38,389 nucleotides of DNA from Enterobacteria phage SfI. The notes beneath the pieces are model-generated. The model saw nothing but the letters and a program-made list of their open reading frames with translations. It was not told where the DNA came from and did not search any database. Position numbers and translations under genes: made by a program. Positions 9,893 to 21,029 of this stretch are shown here, piece by piece. The first letter of the stretch is position 1. Each line of letters opens with the position of its first letter. Where the stretch lies: sequence record JX509734; one strand, given 5' to 3'.

Positions 9893-10041
9893 CGGCTGAA
9901 TACCTCACTGATCGCTTCTTTGACTGCGCCAGTTACTGGCGCATTAATCCTTTCGAATTGCTGAATATGCCGATCAGTGAAATTCCCTTACTGGTCAGTC
10001 AGGCAAACAGGATAGAGCAGGAGAAACGCACACATGGCTGA
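9859..10041 (+). CDS. Tail assembly chaperone -1 frame extension (expressed by frameshift as a fusion of about 139 aa)
   Basis: ORF in the -1 frame relative to 9623..9892, overlapping its 3-prime end and terminating just inside the tape-measure gene start; classic chaperone pair arrangement. Confidence 0.6.
   Translation: MACGWFFPPGLTAEYLTDRFFDCASYWRINPFELLNMPISEIPLLVSQANRIEQEKRTHG
9874..9880 (+). promoter_or_regulatory. Programmed -1 ribosomal frameshift slippery heptamer T TTT TTC
   Basis: Zero-frame codons GGT TTT TTC at 9872-9880; X XXY YYZ heptamer at 9874-9880; a -1 slip places ribosomes in the 9859..10041 frame. Confidence 0.6.
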
Positions 10042-11869
10042 ATTTGAGCTTAAGGCGTTGATCACCGGTGTCGACAGGCTTTCTCCCGCGCTGTCGAAAA
10101 TGCAAAAGAAAATCCGGGGATTTAAACGCCAGGCGGAAGAAGCGTCACAGGGTGGGCTGGCGCTTGGTGGCGGACTGGCAGCGGGTCTGACGCTTTCCCT
10201 GAAATCTTATGCCGATCAGGAAAACGCCGCCACCGGGCTGAAAGTCGCTATGATGGATGCGAACGGCGAGATTGGAAAGCGCTTTCAGGACATCAATAAA
10301 CTGGCTATTGGCCTGGGTAACCAGCTACCCGGTACAACGGCTGATTTCCAGAACATGATGCAGATGCTGGTGCGTCAGGGGATCCCGGCAGAAAACATTC
10401 TGAGTGGTGTGGGTAAAGCGACAGCTTATCTTGCGGTACAACTGAAAAAAACACCGGAAGCGGCTGCTGAGTTTGCTGCAAAGATGCAGGATGCTACCGG
10501 AACGGCGTCAGAAGACATGATGGGGCTGTTCGACACTATCCAGAAGGCGTTTTATCTGGGCGTGGACGATACCAACATGTTGTCCTTCTTCACTAAAACC
10601 AGCTCTGTTCTGAAGATGGTGAACAAGGACGGTCTTCAGGCTGCACAGAGCCTTGCCCCCATCAGCGTCATGATGGATCAGATGGGGATGAACGGGGAGT
10701 CGGCAGGTAACGCCCTGCGAAAAGTTATCCAGTCCGGATTAAGCGTTAAGAAAATCAGGGACGTCAATAAAGTCATGGCCCGCCAGAAACTCGGAGTGCA
10801 GCTCGATTTTACTGACGGCAAAGGGAGTTTTGGCGGTCTTGATAACATGTTCAGGCAACTGGCAAAGCTGCGAAAACTGACCGACGTTAAGCGAACAGGT
10901 GTACTTAAGGCAATATTTGGTGATGATGCCGAAACCCTTCAGGTGGTCAATGCTCTGATCGATAAAGGAAAGGATGGTTACGATCAGATCCAGCAGAAGA
11001 TGAATAAACAGGCCAGCCTGAATAAACGTGTTCAGGCACAGCTTGGTACGCTGTCCAACCTGTGGGAGGCAATGACGGGGACCGCAACTAACGGTCTTGC
11101 AGCTATTGGCGGCGCATTTTCTGGTGACGCTAAAAATATCACGCAATGGCTGGGGGAGTTGGGGGAGAAATTCACGAAGTTTGCGGATGAAAATCCCCGG
11201 GTTATTCGCGGCGTCGTCGGGCTTGCTGCTGGTCTTGCGATTCTGAAACTGGGATTGATGGGCGTTGGCGGTGCCATCAGTATTGTCAGCAGGATCATGT
11301 CGATGACGCCGATTGGCATGATTGCGACGGCGATAGCCCTGGCTGCGGGATTAATTATCACTAACTGGGATGTTGTCGGACCTTATTTTAAGAAACTCTG
11401 GGAAACCATTGGTCCTTATTTTGAGGCTGGCTGGGAACTCCTTAAGAAAGTTTTTGCCTGGTCGCCGCTGGGGATGGTGATCAATAACTGGGGGCCGGTT
11501 GTTAAGTGGTTTCAGGATATGTGGGACAAGCTGAAGCCAATTATTGAGTGGTTTACCGACAGTTCCGGTGACACGGTCGATGCCATTAACTCTGCGCAGT
11601 GGGGCGCGGGTGCTTATGATGCTTATGGGACGGGAATACCGGCGCGGGGATACACACCTTATCCGGCGGTAGATCCGGCTCAGTCAAACAACGCCTCCGG
11701 TGCCACAGGCCCGAATCCCTTCATGATTAACAAAGCTTCTGCGCCAAAAGTTGATGGTGAGATCAAGGTCTCTTTTATGAATTCGCCCCCGGGTATGCGG
11801 GTTATGGAAACGCGATCCAGCGGTTTTGATGTCAGCCATGATGTTGGCTATACGCGCTTTGGCAGGTAA
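10034..11869 (+). CDS. Tail tape measure protein
   Basis: 611-aa ORF immediately after the chaperone pair; Ala/Gly-rich with hydrophobic segments typical of tape measures. Confidence 0.85.
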   Translation: MAEFELKALITGVDRLSPALSKMQKKIRGFKRQAEEASQGGLALGGGLAAGLTLSLKSYADQENAATGLKVAMMDANGEIGKRFQDINKLAIGLGNQLPGTTADFQNMMQMLVRQGIPAENILSGVGKATAYLAVQLKKTPEAAAEFAAKMQDATGTASEDMMGLFDTIQKAFYLGVDDTNMLSFFTKTSSVLKMVNKDGLQAAQSLAPISVMMDQMGMNGESAGNALRKVIQSGLSVKKIRDVNKVMARQKLGVQLDFTDGKGSFGGLDNMFRQLAKLRKLTDVKRTGVLKAIFGDDAETLQVVNALIDKGKDGYDQIQQKMNKQASLNKRVQAQLGTLSNLWEAMTGTATNGLAAIGGAFSGDAKNITQWLGELGEKFTKFADENPRVIRGVVGLAAGLAILKLGLMGVGGAISIVSRIMSMTPIGMIATAIALAAGLIITNWDVVGPYFKKLWETIGPYFEAGWELLKKVFAWSPLGMVINNWGPVVKWFQDMWDKLKPIIEWFTDSSGDTVDAINSAQWGAGAYDAYGTGIPARGYTPYPAVDPAQSNNASGATGPNPFMINKASAPKVDGEIKVSFMNSPPGMRVMETRSSGFDVSHDVGYTRFGR

Positions 11870-11929
11870 TGAAAAATTAATCTGTTAATGAGTCCCACTC
11901 CGGTGGGATTTTTTATGTACGGAGTTTAT

Positions 11930-13258
11930 ATGACGTGGAAAGACAGACTTCAGGACGCGTCATTTCGCGGTGTGCCGTTTAAGGTTGAAGAAGAAAGTGC
12001 GGGAACCGGTCGTCGTGTGGAAACGCACGAATACCCGAACCGCGACAAACCCTATACCGAAGACCTGGGGAAAATCACTTTCCGCCCGTCCATCACAGCT
12101 TATGTGGTGGGAGATGACTGCTTTGACCAGCGCGATCGCCTGATTGACGCGCTGAATAAACCCGGTCCCGGCACGCTTGTCCATCCGACTTACGGTGAGC
12201 TGAAAGTCTGTGTTGACGGGGAAGTTCGGGTCAGCACATCGAAGAGTGAAGGGCGTATTGTCCGCTTTGACCTGAAGTTTGTCGAAGCGGGAGAACTCTC
12301 TTACCCCACTTCAGGTGCGGCGACGGCGCAGACGCTGATGTCATCCTGTTCTGCACTGGATGACTGCATCAGTGACAGCTTCAGTGGTTTCAGTATCGAT
12401 GGCGTGGCAGATTTTGTGCAGAACGACGTCGTCGGTAATGCCAGCACAATGCTTGGGTATGTTTCTGATGCGATGAAAGTGGTGGATTCTGCCGTATCGG
12501 ATGCCGCCAGGCTGTTGCAGGGGGATATCTCGGTACTTCTGCCACCGCCATCGTCAGGCAAAAATTTCGTTGAGCAGGTGCAGAAAATGTGGCGTACCGG
12601 GAAACGCCTTTATGGTAACGCCAGCGACCTGGTCACCATGATCAAAACGCTTTCCGGTGTCAGCCTCGGCAGCGATCTGCAACCGCGCGGCGTCTGGAAA
12701 ACGGACAGTAAAACCAACGCCACGGCGACGCAGCAGCGTAACGTGGTTGCCAGCACCCTTCGTACGACCGCAATCAGCGAAGCGGCGTATGCCGTCACAC
12801 GATTGCCTGCGCCCACAACTTCCGCGGTGATGCAGAATGCCACAATGGGGCAGTCAACAACACCCGCGCAGAGCACCGGCTGGCCTTCTGTCACGCATCC
12901 GGCACTGAACAATGCACCGGCGGTGAAAAACACGGTTGACCTGCCAACGTGGGAAGAACTGACCGACATTCGCGACACACTGAATACGGCAATTGATAAG
13001 GAGTTGTCCCGTACAACCAGTGATGCGTTGTTTCTGGCGCTGCGCCGGGTGAAAGCAGATCTGAATGCGGATATCAACACGCGCCTTGAACAGTCTGCAC
13101 GGATCATTCAGCGCACGCCGGATGAGGTTTTACCCGCGCTGGTGCTGGCGGCGACCTTGTTTGATAACGCGGCGCGTGACGCGGACATTATCCGGCGTAA
13201 TGCCATTACGCATCCCGGCTTTGTGCCGGTGATCCCTCTGAAGGTGCCAGTGCAATGA
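11930..13258 (+). CDS. Mu gpN-like DNA circularisation / tail protein
   Basis: Track ORF 11888..13258; GGAG RBS favours the ATG at 11930, giving the N-terminus MTWKDRLQDASFRGVPF. Confidence 0.68.
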   Translation: MTWKDRLQDASFRGVPFKVEEESAGTGRRVETHEYPNRDKPYTEDLGKITFRPSITAYVVGDDCFDQRDRLIDALNKPGPGTLVHPTYGELKVCVDGEVRVSTSKSEGRIVRFDLKFVEAGELSYPTSGAATAQTLMSSCSALDDCISDSFSGFSIDGVADFVQNDVVGNASTMLGYVSDAMKVVDSAVSDAARLLQGDISVLLPPPSSGKNFVEQVQKMWRTGKRLYGNASDLVTMIKTLSGVSLGSDLQPRGVWKTDSKTNATATQQRNVVASTLRTTAISEAAYAVTRLPAPTTSAVMQNATMGQSTTPAQSTGWPSVTHPALNNAPAVKNTVDLPTWEELTDIRDTLNTAIDKELSRTTSDALFLALRRVKADLNADINTRLEQSARIIQRTPDEVLPALVLAATLFDNAARDADIIRRNAITHPGFVPVIPLKVPVQ

Positions 13259-14334
13259 ACGACAATGTCACGCTACGGGTAAATGGCCGGGAGTGGAATG
13301 GCTGGACATCGGTGCGCATCGGTGCCGGTGTTGAACGACTGGCGCGGGATTTCAGTGTGGAGATCACCCGCCAGTGGCCGGGAGATGAGGGTATTACCAC
13401 GCTTCAGTCGCGCATTAAAAACGGTTCAAAAGTGGAGGTGCTGATTGGTGATGAGCTGGTGATCACCGGCTGGGTGGAGGCGACGCCCGTTCGTTACGAT
13501 GCCCGTTCGGTCAGCACCGGTATTGCCGGACGTAGTCTGACGGCTGACCTGATTGACTGTGCAGCCGAACCGACACAGTTTAACGGACGCTCGCTGGTGC
13601 AGATTGCGCAGGCGCTTGCTGCGCCTTTCGGCATTGAGGTGGTGAACAGCGGTGCGCCGTCGGGTGTTATTCCTGATGTTCAGCCTGATCACGGTGAAAC
13701 GGTGATTGAGGTAATCAACAAAATACTCGGTCAGCAGCAGGCACTGGCTTACGACGACCCGCACGGCAGGCTGGTGATTGGCGGTATTGGCTCAACGCGG
13801 GCACATACTGCGCTGGTACTCGGGGAAAACATCCTTTCCTGTGATACGGAGAAGAGTATCCGGGAGCGGTTTTCTGTTTACCAGGTGGCGGGGCAGCGTG
13901 CCGGAAACGACGATGATTTCGGTGAGGCCACCACCACCGCGCTGCGGGCCCGCACAGAGGACGCATTTATTGCCCGTTACCGTCCGATGTATATCAGGCA
14001 GACAGGGCAGGCTACGGGGGCAGGCTGTATTGCCCGTGCGGACTTTGAAGCCAGACAACGGGCGGCGCGGACGGATGAAACCACCTACGTGGTGCAGGGC
14101 TGGCGACAGGGTAACGGTACGCTGTGGCAGCCCAACCAGCGGGTGATTGTCTTTGATCCGGTCTGTGGTTTCGACAATACCGAACTGCTTGTTTCGGAAG
14201 TCACGTTTACTCAGGACCAGAACGGCACCCTGACGGAAATCCGTGTCGGCCCACCTGATGCTTATCTGCCTGAACCCGAAGCCCCCGGCGCGCGAAAAAA
14301 GAAAAAAGCCAGAGTACAGGAGGACCCGTTCTGA
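13255..14334 (+). CDS. Baseplate hub / tail protein (Mu gpP-like)
   Basis: 359-aa ORF coupled to the previous gene; position in the Mu-type baseplate block. Confidence 0.7.
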   Translation: MNDNVTLRVNGREWNGWTSVRIGAGVERLARDFSVEITRQWPGDEGITTLQSRIKNGSKVEVLIGDELVITGWVEATPVRYDARSVSTGIAGRSLTADLIDCAAEPTQFNGRSLVQIAQALAAPFGIEVVNSGAPSGVIPDVQPDHGETVIEVINKILGQQQALAYDDPHGRLVIGGIGSTRAHTALVLGENILSCDTEKSIRERFSVYQVAGQRAGNDDDFGEATTTALRARTEDAFIARYRPMYIRQTGQATGAGCIARADFEARQRAARTDETTYVVQGWRQGNGTLWQPNQRVIVFDPVCGFDNTELLVSEVTFTQDQNGTLTEIRVGPPDAYLPEPEAPGARKKKKARVQEDPF

Positions 14335-14882
14335 TGAGGACGATTGAAGCCATGCAGCGACAACTCCTCGGCCTGATTGGGCGGGCCGTGGTGAAAAGCA
14401 TCAGTGCCGCCACGAAATGTCAGACCGTGGATGTGTCTCTGATTGCCGGTGAACCCAAAGCTGGGGTTGAACATCTTGAACCCTACGGTTTTACCGCAAG
14501 GGCAAACAGCGGTGCGGAAGCGGTGGTGTTGTTTCCGGATGGCGACCGTTCTCATGCGGTGGTTGTTACGGTGTCGGACCGGCGCTACCGCCTGAAAGGG
14601 CTGCAGACGGGTGAGGTGGCTGTCTATGACGATCAGGGGCAGTCCGTGACGCTGACCCGGGAGGGGATCGTGGTGGACGGTGCAGGTAAAACGATCACGT
14701 TTCGCAATGCACCTGAAGCACGTTTTGAAATGGACCTGGAAGTGACAGGACAGGTGAAAGACCTGTGCGACTCCGGCGGCACCACCATGTCAGCGATGCG
14801 GCTTGCCTATAACGGGCATCGTCACAGAGAGAACGGTCAGGGCAGTAACACCGACAAACCTGATAAAGCGATGGAGGCATGA
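14334..14882 (+). CDS. Baseplate spike / assembly protein V-like
   Basis: 182-aa ORF, start overlapping the previous stop; baseplate block order. Confidence 0.65.
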   Translation: MRTIEAMQRQLLGLIGRAVVKSISAATKCQTVDVSLIAGEPKAGVEHLEPYGFTARANSGAEAVVLFPDGDRSHAVVVTVSDRRYRLKGLQTGEVAVYDDQGQSVTLTREGIVVDGAGKTITFRNAPEARFEMDLEVTGQVKDLCDSGGTTMSAMRLAYNGHRHRENGQGSNTDKPDKAMEA

Positions 14883-15307
14883 TGGAACTGTGGCTGACGG
14901 TGAACGGTAAACGCACCTGCGCCAGCGCACCGCTGGATCCGCTGACCCGCGCCGTGGTGATTTCCCTGTTTACCTGGCGGCGGGCGGAGCCTGATGACAA
15001 CGCCGACGTCCCGATGGGATGGTGGGGGGATACCTGGCCTGCGGTACAGAATGACCGTTACGGCTCCCGACTGTGGCTGCTTCAGCGCAGCAAACTGACC
15101 AATCAGCTGGTGCAGACGGTAAGGGGGTATATCCGCGAATGCCTGCAATGGATGATTGATGACGGCGTGGTGTCCCGTATTGATCTGGATATCCGCCGCA
15201 CCGGGATTAATGAACTGGGTAACAGTATCACTCTCTGGCGTCGTGACGGACCGGTAATGATTTCTTTTGATGATCTGTGGAGTGCGATAACGCATGGCGG
15301 ACAGTGA
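14879..15307 (+). CDS. Baseplate protein (Mu gp46 / gpW-like)
   Basis: 142-aa ORF with 4-nt overlap to the previous gene. Confidence 0.7.
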   Translation: MMELWLTVNGKRTCASAPLDPLTRAVVISLFTWRRAEPDDNADVPMGWWGDTWPAVQNDRYGSRLWLLQRSKLTNQLVQTVRGYIRECLQWMIDDGVVSRIDLDIRRTGINELGNSITLWRRDGPVMISFDDLWSAITHGGQ

Positions 15308-16352
15308 ATTTCAGCGCCCGACGCTGGCAGAAAATATCAGTATGCTCCGTAACGATTTATTCGCCAGGCTGGACGTCAGCGACACGCTCCGGCGCATGGA
15401 TGAAGACGTGCGGGCAAAGGTGTATGCGGCGGCGCTGCATACGGTTTACGGGTACATCGATTATCTGGCAATGAATATGCTGCCTGACCTGTGCGATGAG
15501 TCCTGGCTGGCGCGACATGCTGCGATGAAACGGTGTCCGCGCAAGGGGGCCACGGCTGCCAGCGGGTATATGCGCTGGGAAGGTGTCAGCGATGGCCTGA
15601 AGGTGACTGCCGGGAGCGTGATTCAGCGCGATGACCTGGTTCAGTACACGGCAACTGCCGATGCAACCAGCTCCGGTGGTGTCCTGCGTGTGCCGATCAC
15701 TTGCTCAACTACAGGCGCGGTCGGTAACGCTGACGACGGTACGGCATTAATCCTGGTCACGCCGGTGAATGGTCTGCCGTCTTCCGGTGTGGCTGACACC
15801 CTGACAGGCGGATTTGATACTGAAGAGCTGGAAACGTGGCGCGCCCGCGTCATTGAGCGGTATTACTGGACGCCTCAGGGCGGGGCTGACGGGGACTATG
15901 TCGTCTGGGCTAAAGAAGTGCCAGGCATTACCCGTGCATGGACATACCGCCACTGGATGGGAACGGGAACTGTCGGTGTGATGATTGCCAGCAGTGACCT
16001 GATTAATCCCATTCCGGAAGAATCAACGGAAACGGCAGCAAGACAACATATCGGGCCACTGGCCCCGGTGGCAGGCTCTGATTTGTATGTATTCAGGCCG
16101 GTGGCACATACGGTGGATTTTCATATCCGCGTGACGCCGGACACACCAGAAATACGGGCTGCCATTACCGCGGAGTTGCGTTCGTTCCTGCTGCGTGATG
16201 GTTATCCGCAGGGAGAACTGAAGGTGTCACGTATCAGTGAAGCGATTTCCGGTGCGAACGGGGAATACAGCCATCAGTTGCTTGCACCGGCGGACAATAT
16301 CTCCATTGCAAAAAATGAACTGGCGGTACTGGGGACGATTTCATGGACGTGA
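15294..16352 (+). CDS. Baseplate J-like protein (Mu gp47-like)
   Basis: 352-aa ORF; size and position typical of baseplate J. Confidence 0.78.
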   Translation: MADSEFQRPTLAENISMLRNDLFARLDVSDTLRRMDEDVRAKVYAAALHTVYGYIDYLAMNMLPDLCDESWLARHAAMKRCPRKGATAASGYMRWEGVSDGLKVTAGSVIQRDDLVQYTATADATSSGGVLRVPITCSTTGAVGNADDGTALILVTPVNGLPSSGVADTLTGGFDTEELETWRARVIERYYWTPQGGADGDYVVWAKEVPGITRAWTYRHWMGTGTVGVMIASSDLINPIPEESTETAARQHIGPLAPVAGSDLYVFRPVAHTVDFHIRVTPDTPEIRAAITAELRSFLLRDGYPQGELKVSRISEAISGANGEYSHQLLAPADNISIAKNELAVLGTISWT

Positions 16353-16927
16353 CAAACGATGATTACATCCGTCTGTTGTCGGCACTGTTGCCACCCGGTC
16401 CGGCGTGGTCAGCCAGAGATCCGGCGATTGCCGGTGCGGCACCGTCATTAACCCGCGTTCATCAGCGTGCGGATGCCCTGATGCGGGAGCTGGATCCGCG
16501 CACCACCACTGAACTGATAAACCGCTGGGAGCGTCTGTGCGGTCTGCCGGATGAATGTATTCCCGCAGGGACACAGACCCTTCGCCAGCGTCAGCAACGA
16601 CTGGATGCGAAGGTTAACCTGGCGGGCGGCATCAATGAGGATTTTTACCTTGCACAGCTTGCTGCCCTGGGCAGACCAGACGCTACCATCACGCGATACG
16701 ACAAAAGCACGTTCACCTGCTCATCTGCCTGTACTGACGCGGTGAATGCACCGGAATGGCGGTATTACTGGCAGGTCAACATGCCAGTCGCCACCAACAC
16801 CACCTGGATGACATGTGGCGATCCCTGTGATTCCGCGCTGCGCTTCTGGGGGGACACCGTTGTCGAGTGTGTGCTTAACAAACTCTGCCCGTCGCATACC
16901 TATGTGATTTTTAAATATCCGGAGTAA
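16343..16927 (+). CDS. Tail protein, Mu gp48 / YmfQ-like (DUF2313)
   Basis: 194-aa ORF between baseplate J and the tail fibre gene. Confidence 0.65.
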   Translation: MDVTNDDYIRLLSALLPPGPAWSARDPAIAGAAPSLTRVHQRADALMRELDPRTTTELINRWERLCGLPDECIPAGTQTLRQRQQRLDAKVNLAGGINEDFYLAQLAALGRPDATITRYDKSTFTCSSACTDAVNAPEWRYYWQVNMPVATNTTWMTCGDPCDSALRFWGDTVVECVLNKLCPSHTYVIFKYPE

Positions 16928-16930
16928 TCC

Positions 16931-17581
16931 ATGCATCGTATAGACACGAAAACCGCGCAGAAGGATAAGTTCGGCGCGGGTAAGAACGGTTTTACCCGTG
17001 GTAACCCCCAGACTGGCACGCCTGCCACCGATCTGGATGATGACTACTTTGACATGTTGCAGGAGGAGCTTTGCAGCGTGGTGGAGGCATCCGGTGCCAG
17101 CCTGGAGAAGGGGCGGCACGATCAGTTGCTTACCGCACTTCGCGCGCTGCTGTTAAGCCGCAAGAATCCGTTTGGCGATATCAAATCGGATGGCACGGTG
17201 AAAACGGCTCTCGAAAACCTTGGTTTGGGAGAAGCAGCTAAAAGGAATGTAGGTACAGGGGCGAATCAGATACCTGATATGAGCCTGTTCGCGTCAAGTA
17301 ATACCGCAACGGCTGCTGCGCAAAAATTTCCGTCTGGATTAATTTTACAGTGCGGTCAGTTGAATGGCTCCCCTAATGTATCTTCAACATACGGGATGAG
17401 GTTCCCGATGACATTCTCAAGAGTCCTTGCTGTCACAGTTACATTGAACGTTACTGGCGCGTCAGGGCAGCCGACTGTATCGGCGACAAATGTCCATAAC
17501 ACTGGATTTGATATTACAGTGTCGCCCGGTTCAGGATATGGTTCATCTGCTGATGCGTATTACATTGCAATGGGATATTAA
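16931..17581 (+). CDS. Tail fibre protein (short; AT-rich receptor-binding C-terminus)
   Basis: 216-aa ORF with N-terminus [17 protein letters not shown]; the C-terminal half drops markedly in GC. Confidence 0.72.
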   Translation: MHRIDTKTAQKDKFGAGKNGFTRGNPQTGTPATDLDDDYFDMLQEELCSVVEASGASLEKGRHDQLLTALRALLLSRKNPFGDIKSDGTVKTALENLGLGEAAKRNVGTGANQIPDMSLFASSNTATAAAQKFPSGLILQCGQLNGSPNVSSTYGMRFPMTFSRVLAVTVTLNVTGASGQPTVSATNVHNTGFDITVSPGSGYGSSADAYYIAMGY

Positions 17582-17585
17582 CGAA

Positions 17586-17993
17586 ATGTCATATTTTTAT
17601 TCTGCATCGACAAACGGATTTTATTCGACTGAATTTCACGGCACCAATATTCCTGATGATGCAGTGGAAATCTCGGAATCAGAGTGGAAAACACTGATTA
17701 ATTCGCAGAGTGTAACAAAAATGATTACCTGTGGTGAGAATGGTCACCCTGTCATTGTTGACCGTCCTTCTCCAACACCAGAACAATTAGCCTTAATAAA
17801 TAATGAAAAGAAATCTGCACTGATAGCAGAGGCAACGAATGTAATAGCGCCGCTTCAGGATGCGGTTGATTTAGATATGGCAACAGATGATGAAACGAAA
17901 CTGTTACTGGCATGGAAAAAATATCGCGCACTATTGATGCGTGTTGATATAAAAAATACAGAGTGGCCGAAAAAACCAGAGAGCAATCTATAA
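17586..17993 (+). CDS. Tail fibre assembly chaperone (Tfa-like)
   Basis: Track ORF 17490..17993; functional start taken as the ATG at 17586 (MSYFYSASTNGFYS...), 5 nt after the fibre stop. Confidence 0.68.
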   Translation: MSYFYSASTNGFYSTEFHGTNIPDDAVEISESEWKTLINSQSVTKMITCGENGHPVIVDRPSPTPEQLALINNEKKSALIAEATNVIAPLQDAVDLDMATDDETKLLLAWKKYRALLMRVDIKNTEWPKKPESNL

Positions 17994-18163
17994 GAGAAAA
18001 TTCGTTATTGGATGAAAAGCGAGACATCTAATTATAACAGCATATGGTTTTTCTAATGATAGCTCCTTCAACTTTATAGTATCTCATATACTCTAGAATA
18101 TAGCTCTAAATGAGGGTTTGTTGTATACGGCAACCACTCCATTTTTATTCCTGATAGGGATAT

Positions 18164-18185
18164 AACCCGTCGAAAAAGACGGGTT
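18164..18185. terminator. Stem-loop between convergent tfa and gtrC (possible bidirectional terminator)
   Basis: AACCCGTC / GACGGGTT 8-bp perfect stem with GAAAAA loop, between the convergent ends of tfa (+) and gtrC (-); U-tracts are weak. Confidence 0.4.
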
Positions 18186-18226
18186 ATTCATTCGTTAGTG
18201 TGGTTTATATGGTAGGGGGCAATTTA

Positions 18227-19747
18227 CTATAGGTTAAGTTTTTTGTTAAATACTAATATTACTCTTCCTTCAAAGTTCAAAACTTCGTCAGGCTTACCTA
18301 ATTGTTCTTGAATACCTGCAAGGCAGGATGTCATTTCTTTACATCGTTCAGGTTCGTTAGCTATGGAAACTGCTATAAACTGTCGCTCAGGAGCAGAATT
18401 GAACGCCTCCTTGCTATGCCAAGAAGCCAGTGTCTGTTGTCTCACGCCAGTAAAGTTAATTTTCCCCGAATCAGCATTAAAGAAAACAGGAGTTATCTGT
18501 ATGTCCCCACCAGATAACCAATTTACAGTCATTGACAAATCCCAAAAAGAGCCGTACCCATAATGGAGATTATTTTTTTTTAAAAAATCAATGTATGATT
18601 TAACAATCTTCTCCTGATCGTGTAATGGTGAAGCATTATTTGTGTAAGATTTAATTGAACTGATCGAAAATAAAAATGCGATTAGATAAAATAATATCTT
18701 TGCTTTTGTTGATGTACCGATACAGCACAATATCAGTGCGAAACAGGTAACATTCATAAAGAAACGCATGCTAATATAATCAGGGGATTTATAGCTCAGT
18801 ATGAATGATGAGACAATACCTGCGATAGATAATAATGAAAATAACACAATATAAATACGGTATGTGTTTTTTTTATTGTCCGATAAAACAAACCACGCAG
18901 ATGTAATAATGGCAATGAACCAAATGACAAATGAGGCGTAAGATGTTGCGTTATTGTCGACAACTAATAAATTAAGACTTTTTCCTATTAACAGAATGCA
19001 CCATTTTGCATTTAAAATCATATCATTGAGTGATACAATTTCAAATTGGTGGGGAGGTATGTTAAGTAGATTTTGCAATACATTGGAAAGAGAGATTAAA
19101 CATGCAAATAGTATTAATGCAGTATGCTTAAATAATTTTTTATCCCATACAGAGAATAAAAAGTAAGATATTAATAGTGGAATAAAAAATGCAGCTGTAA
19201 ACCACGGATCGGATACGCTGGAAAATAATGCTGTCAAACTTAAGAGGAGAGTGATAAATATATTTTTATACTGTATGTTGAAAACAGATATAAGCAAGCA
19301 TAAAAAGCCGAAAGCGTTTGTTGAATTATGAGAAAAAGGATGTGATACAAAACCATAAGTGTATGAAAAATATGGTATTAGAGATAGAAGTATAATAGAA
19401 AATAAAGCAGGGGTAAACCCGAATGCCTTACGTAGCGTTAACATCGCTGCTATTACTATAGCAATAGAGAAAACTGCAGTTGATAATCTTAATGCTACTA
19501 AGCCATCATCACCTAACAGCATATAAAATAAAAAGTTAATTGGGTAAACGGTGAAATACCAATTATCCACGGTTGGTTTCCAGTCGTGGATTGATGATAT
19601 ACCATTCTCTAAAATATGCCTCCATACAATTGGGCTGTTAGCAACATCCGGTTCAACTGGAAAGTATCTGGTAGTCAACCAAGTTATTAGGAGTGCTGAT
19701 AAAGCCAATAATATTTTTAATGCTGATTGTTTAATACATATGCTCAT
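18227..19747 (-). CDS. GtrC-family serotype-specific O-antigen glucosyltransferase (polytopic membrane protein)
   Basis: 506-aa very hydrophobic, AT-rich ORF directly downstream of gtrB in the same operon; gtrC genes are the variable, serotype-defining member of gtr cassettes. Confidence 0.72.
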   Translation of the reverse strand: MSICIKQSALKILLALSALLITWLTTRYFPVEPDVANSPIVWRHILENGISSIHDWKPTVDNWYFTVYPINFLFYMLLGDDGLVALRLSTAVFSIAIVIAAMLTLRKAFGFTPALFSIILLSLIPYFSYTYGFVSHPFSHNSTNAFGFLCLLISVFNIQYKNIFITLLLSLTALFSSVSDPWFTAAFFIPLLISYFLFSVWDKKLFKHTALILFACLISLSNVLQNLLNIPPHQFEIVSLNDMILNAKWCILLIGKSLNLLVVDNNATSYASFVIWFIAIITSAWFVLSDNKKNTYRIYIVLFSLLSIAGIVSSFILSYKSPDYISMRFFMNVTCFALILCCIGTSTKAKILFYLIAFLFSISSIKSYTNNASPLHDQEKIVKSYIDFLKKNNLHYGYGSFWDLSMTVNWLSGGDIQITPVFFNADSGKINFTGVRQQTLASWHSKEAFNSAPERQFIAVSIANEPERCKEMTSCLAGIQEQLGKPDEVLNFEGRVILVFNKKLNL

Positions 19748-19749
19748 GG

Positions 19750-20670
19750 TTATTTTCTACCTTTCTTCAAAATATACTTAGGTCTTGATTTTGTTTCTAA
19801 GTAAATTCTACCTATATATTCACCGAGAACACCAATCCCGATCAGTTGCACTCCACCCAAGAAAAGTATTGATACAAGCAGGGAGGGATACCCGCGTACT
19901 GGGTTACCAAAGACAAGGGTGTCTATAATCATCCATGCACCATATAAAAATGAAATGCTTGCAACAAACAAGCCTATATAAGTCCATACGCGAAGAGGAA
20001 AGGTTGAAAAACTTGTGATACCTTCCAGTGCCAGATTCCATAATTTCCAGCCATTAAATTTTGAGATGCCAGCAACACGCTCTGCGCGTACATATTCAAC
20101 GACATCCGTCTGACCACCCACCCAGCTCAGTATGCCTTTCATGAAAAGATTGCGCTCAGGCAACAGTTTAATGTTCTCCACAACCTCACGAGACATGAGT
20201 CGAAAATCTCCGACATTTTCCTCGATCTTTGGGGTGCTTATTTTGTTGTGTAATTTATAGAACCACTCAGCTGTCTTACGTTTCAGTCGTCCATCAGTTG
20301 AGCGGTCTGAACGTTTAGCAAGCACCATGTCAGCACCTGCCTGCCACTTTTCAATAAGATGAGGGATAACCTCAATTGGGTCTTGCAGGTCGACATCAAT
20401 AGGAATTACAGCATCGCCGCTTGCATGGTCTAACCCTGCAAATAAGGCTGGTTCTTTACCAAAGTTGCGTGTAAATGACAGCGGAACAACTAGCGGGTCT
20501 GAAACAGCCAGCGCGTTAATAATTGACTCTGTGGCATCTTTACTTCCGTCATTTATGAATACAATTTCTACTTCATATGGCTTCAACTCTTGGAATTCAC
20601 GTACCGTTTTATAGAAAACAGGTATCGCTTCTTCTTCATTGAAGACAGGAACGACAAGAGATATTTTCAT
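19750..20670 (-). CDS. gtrB: Bactoprenol glucosyltransferase GtrB (GT2 family)
   Basis: 306-aa ORF ([17 protein letters not shown]...) with C-terminal TM segments; coupled to gtrA upstream. Confidence 0.88.
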   Translation of the reverse strand: MKISLVVPVFNEEEAIPVFYKTVREFQELKPYEVEIVFINDGSKDATESIINALAVSDPLVVPLSFTRNFGKEPALFAGLDHASGDAVIPIDVDLQDPIEVIPHLIEKWQAGADMVLAKRSDRSTDGRLKRKTAEWFYKLHNKISTPKIEENVGDFRLMSREVVENIKLLPERNLFMKGILSWVGGQTDVVEYVRAERVAGISKFNGWKLWNLALEGITSFSTFPLRVWTYIGLFVASISFLYGAWMIIDTLVFGNPVRGYPSLLVSILFLGGVQLIGIGVLGEYIGRIYLETKSRPKYILKKGRK

Positions 20671-21029
20671 TTCGCATCCCTAAAGACAATGAACTTTGAA
20701 TAGACGAAACCGCACACCAGACTGATGGCGGAGAAGGTGATAAGAGTGACTATTGGAGGAAGTGAGCATTTATCAGCTGCCCAACCAACAATCACACTCA
20801 ATATTCCCATAAATCCCACGTATAACATGTAGCGCATCGCTGTAGTCGATGCTTTGAATGTGAATCTTGCATTCGCGAAGAAGCTAAAGCTCACAGCCAC
20901 TACGAAACCTGTGAAGTTTGCCAGAGCCTGACTGGTATGTGCGGCATAGATACATACACCAAAAACCACCCAGTGTATAAGTGTGTTCAGCACACCTATA
21001 GATGTGTACTTTACAAATAACTTTAACAT
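20667..21029 (-). CDS. gtrA: GtrA flippase for undecaprenyl-phosphate glucose
   Basis: 120-aa four-TM protein; first gene of the minus-strand gtr operon. Confidence 0.85.
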   Translation of the reverse strand: MLKLFVKYTSIGVLNTLIHWVVFGVCIYAAHTSQALANFTGFVVAVSFSFFANARFTFKASTTAMRYMLYVGFMGILSVIVGWAADKCSLPPIVTLITFSAISLVCGFVYSKFIVFRDAK

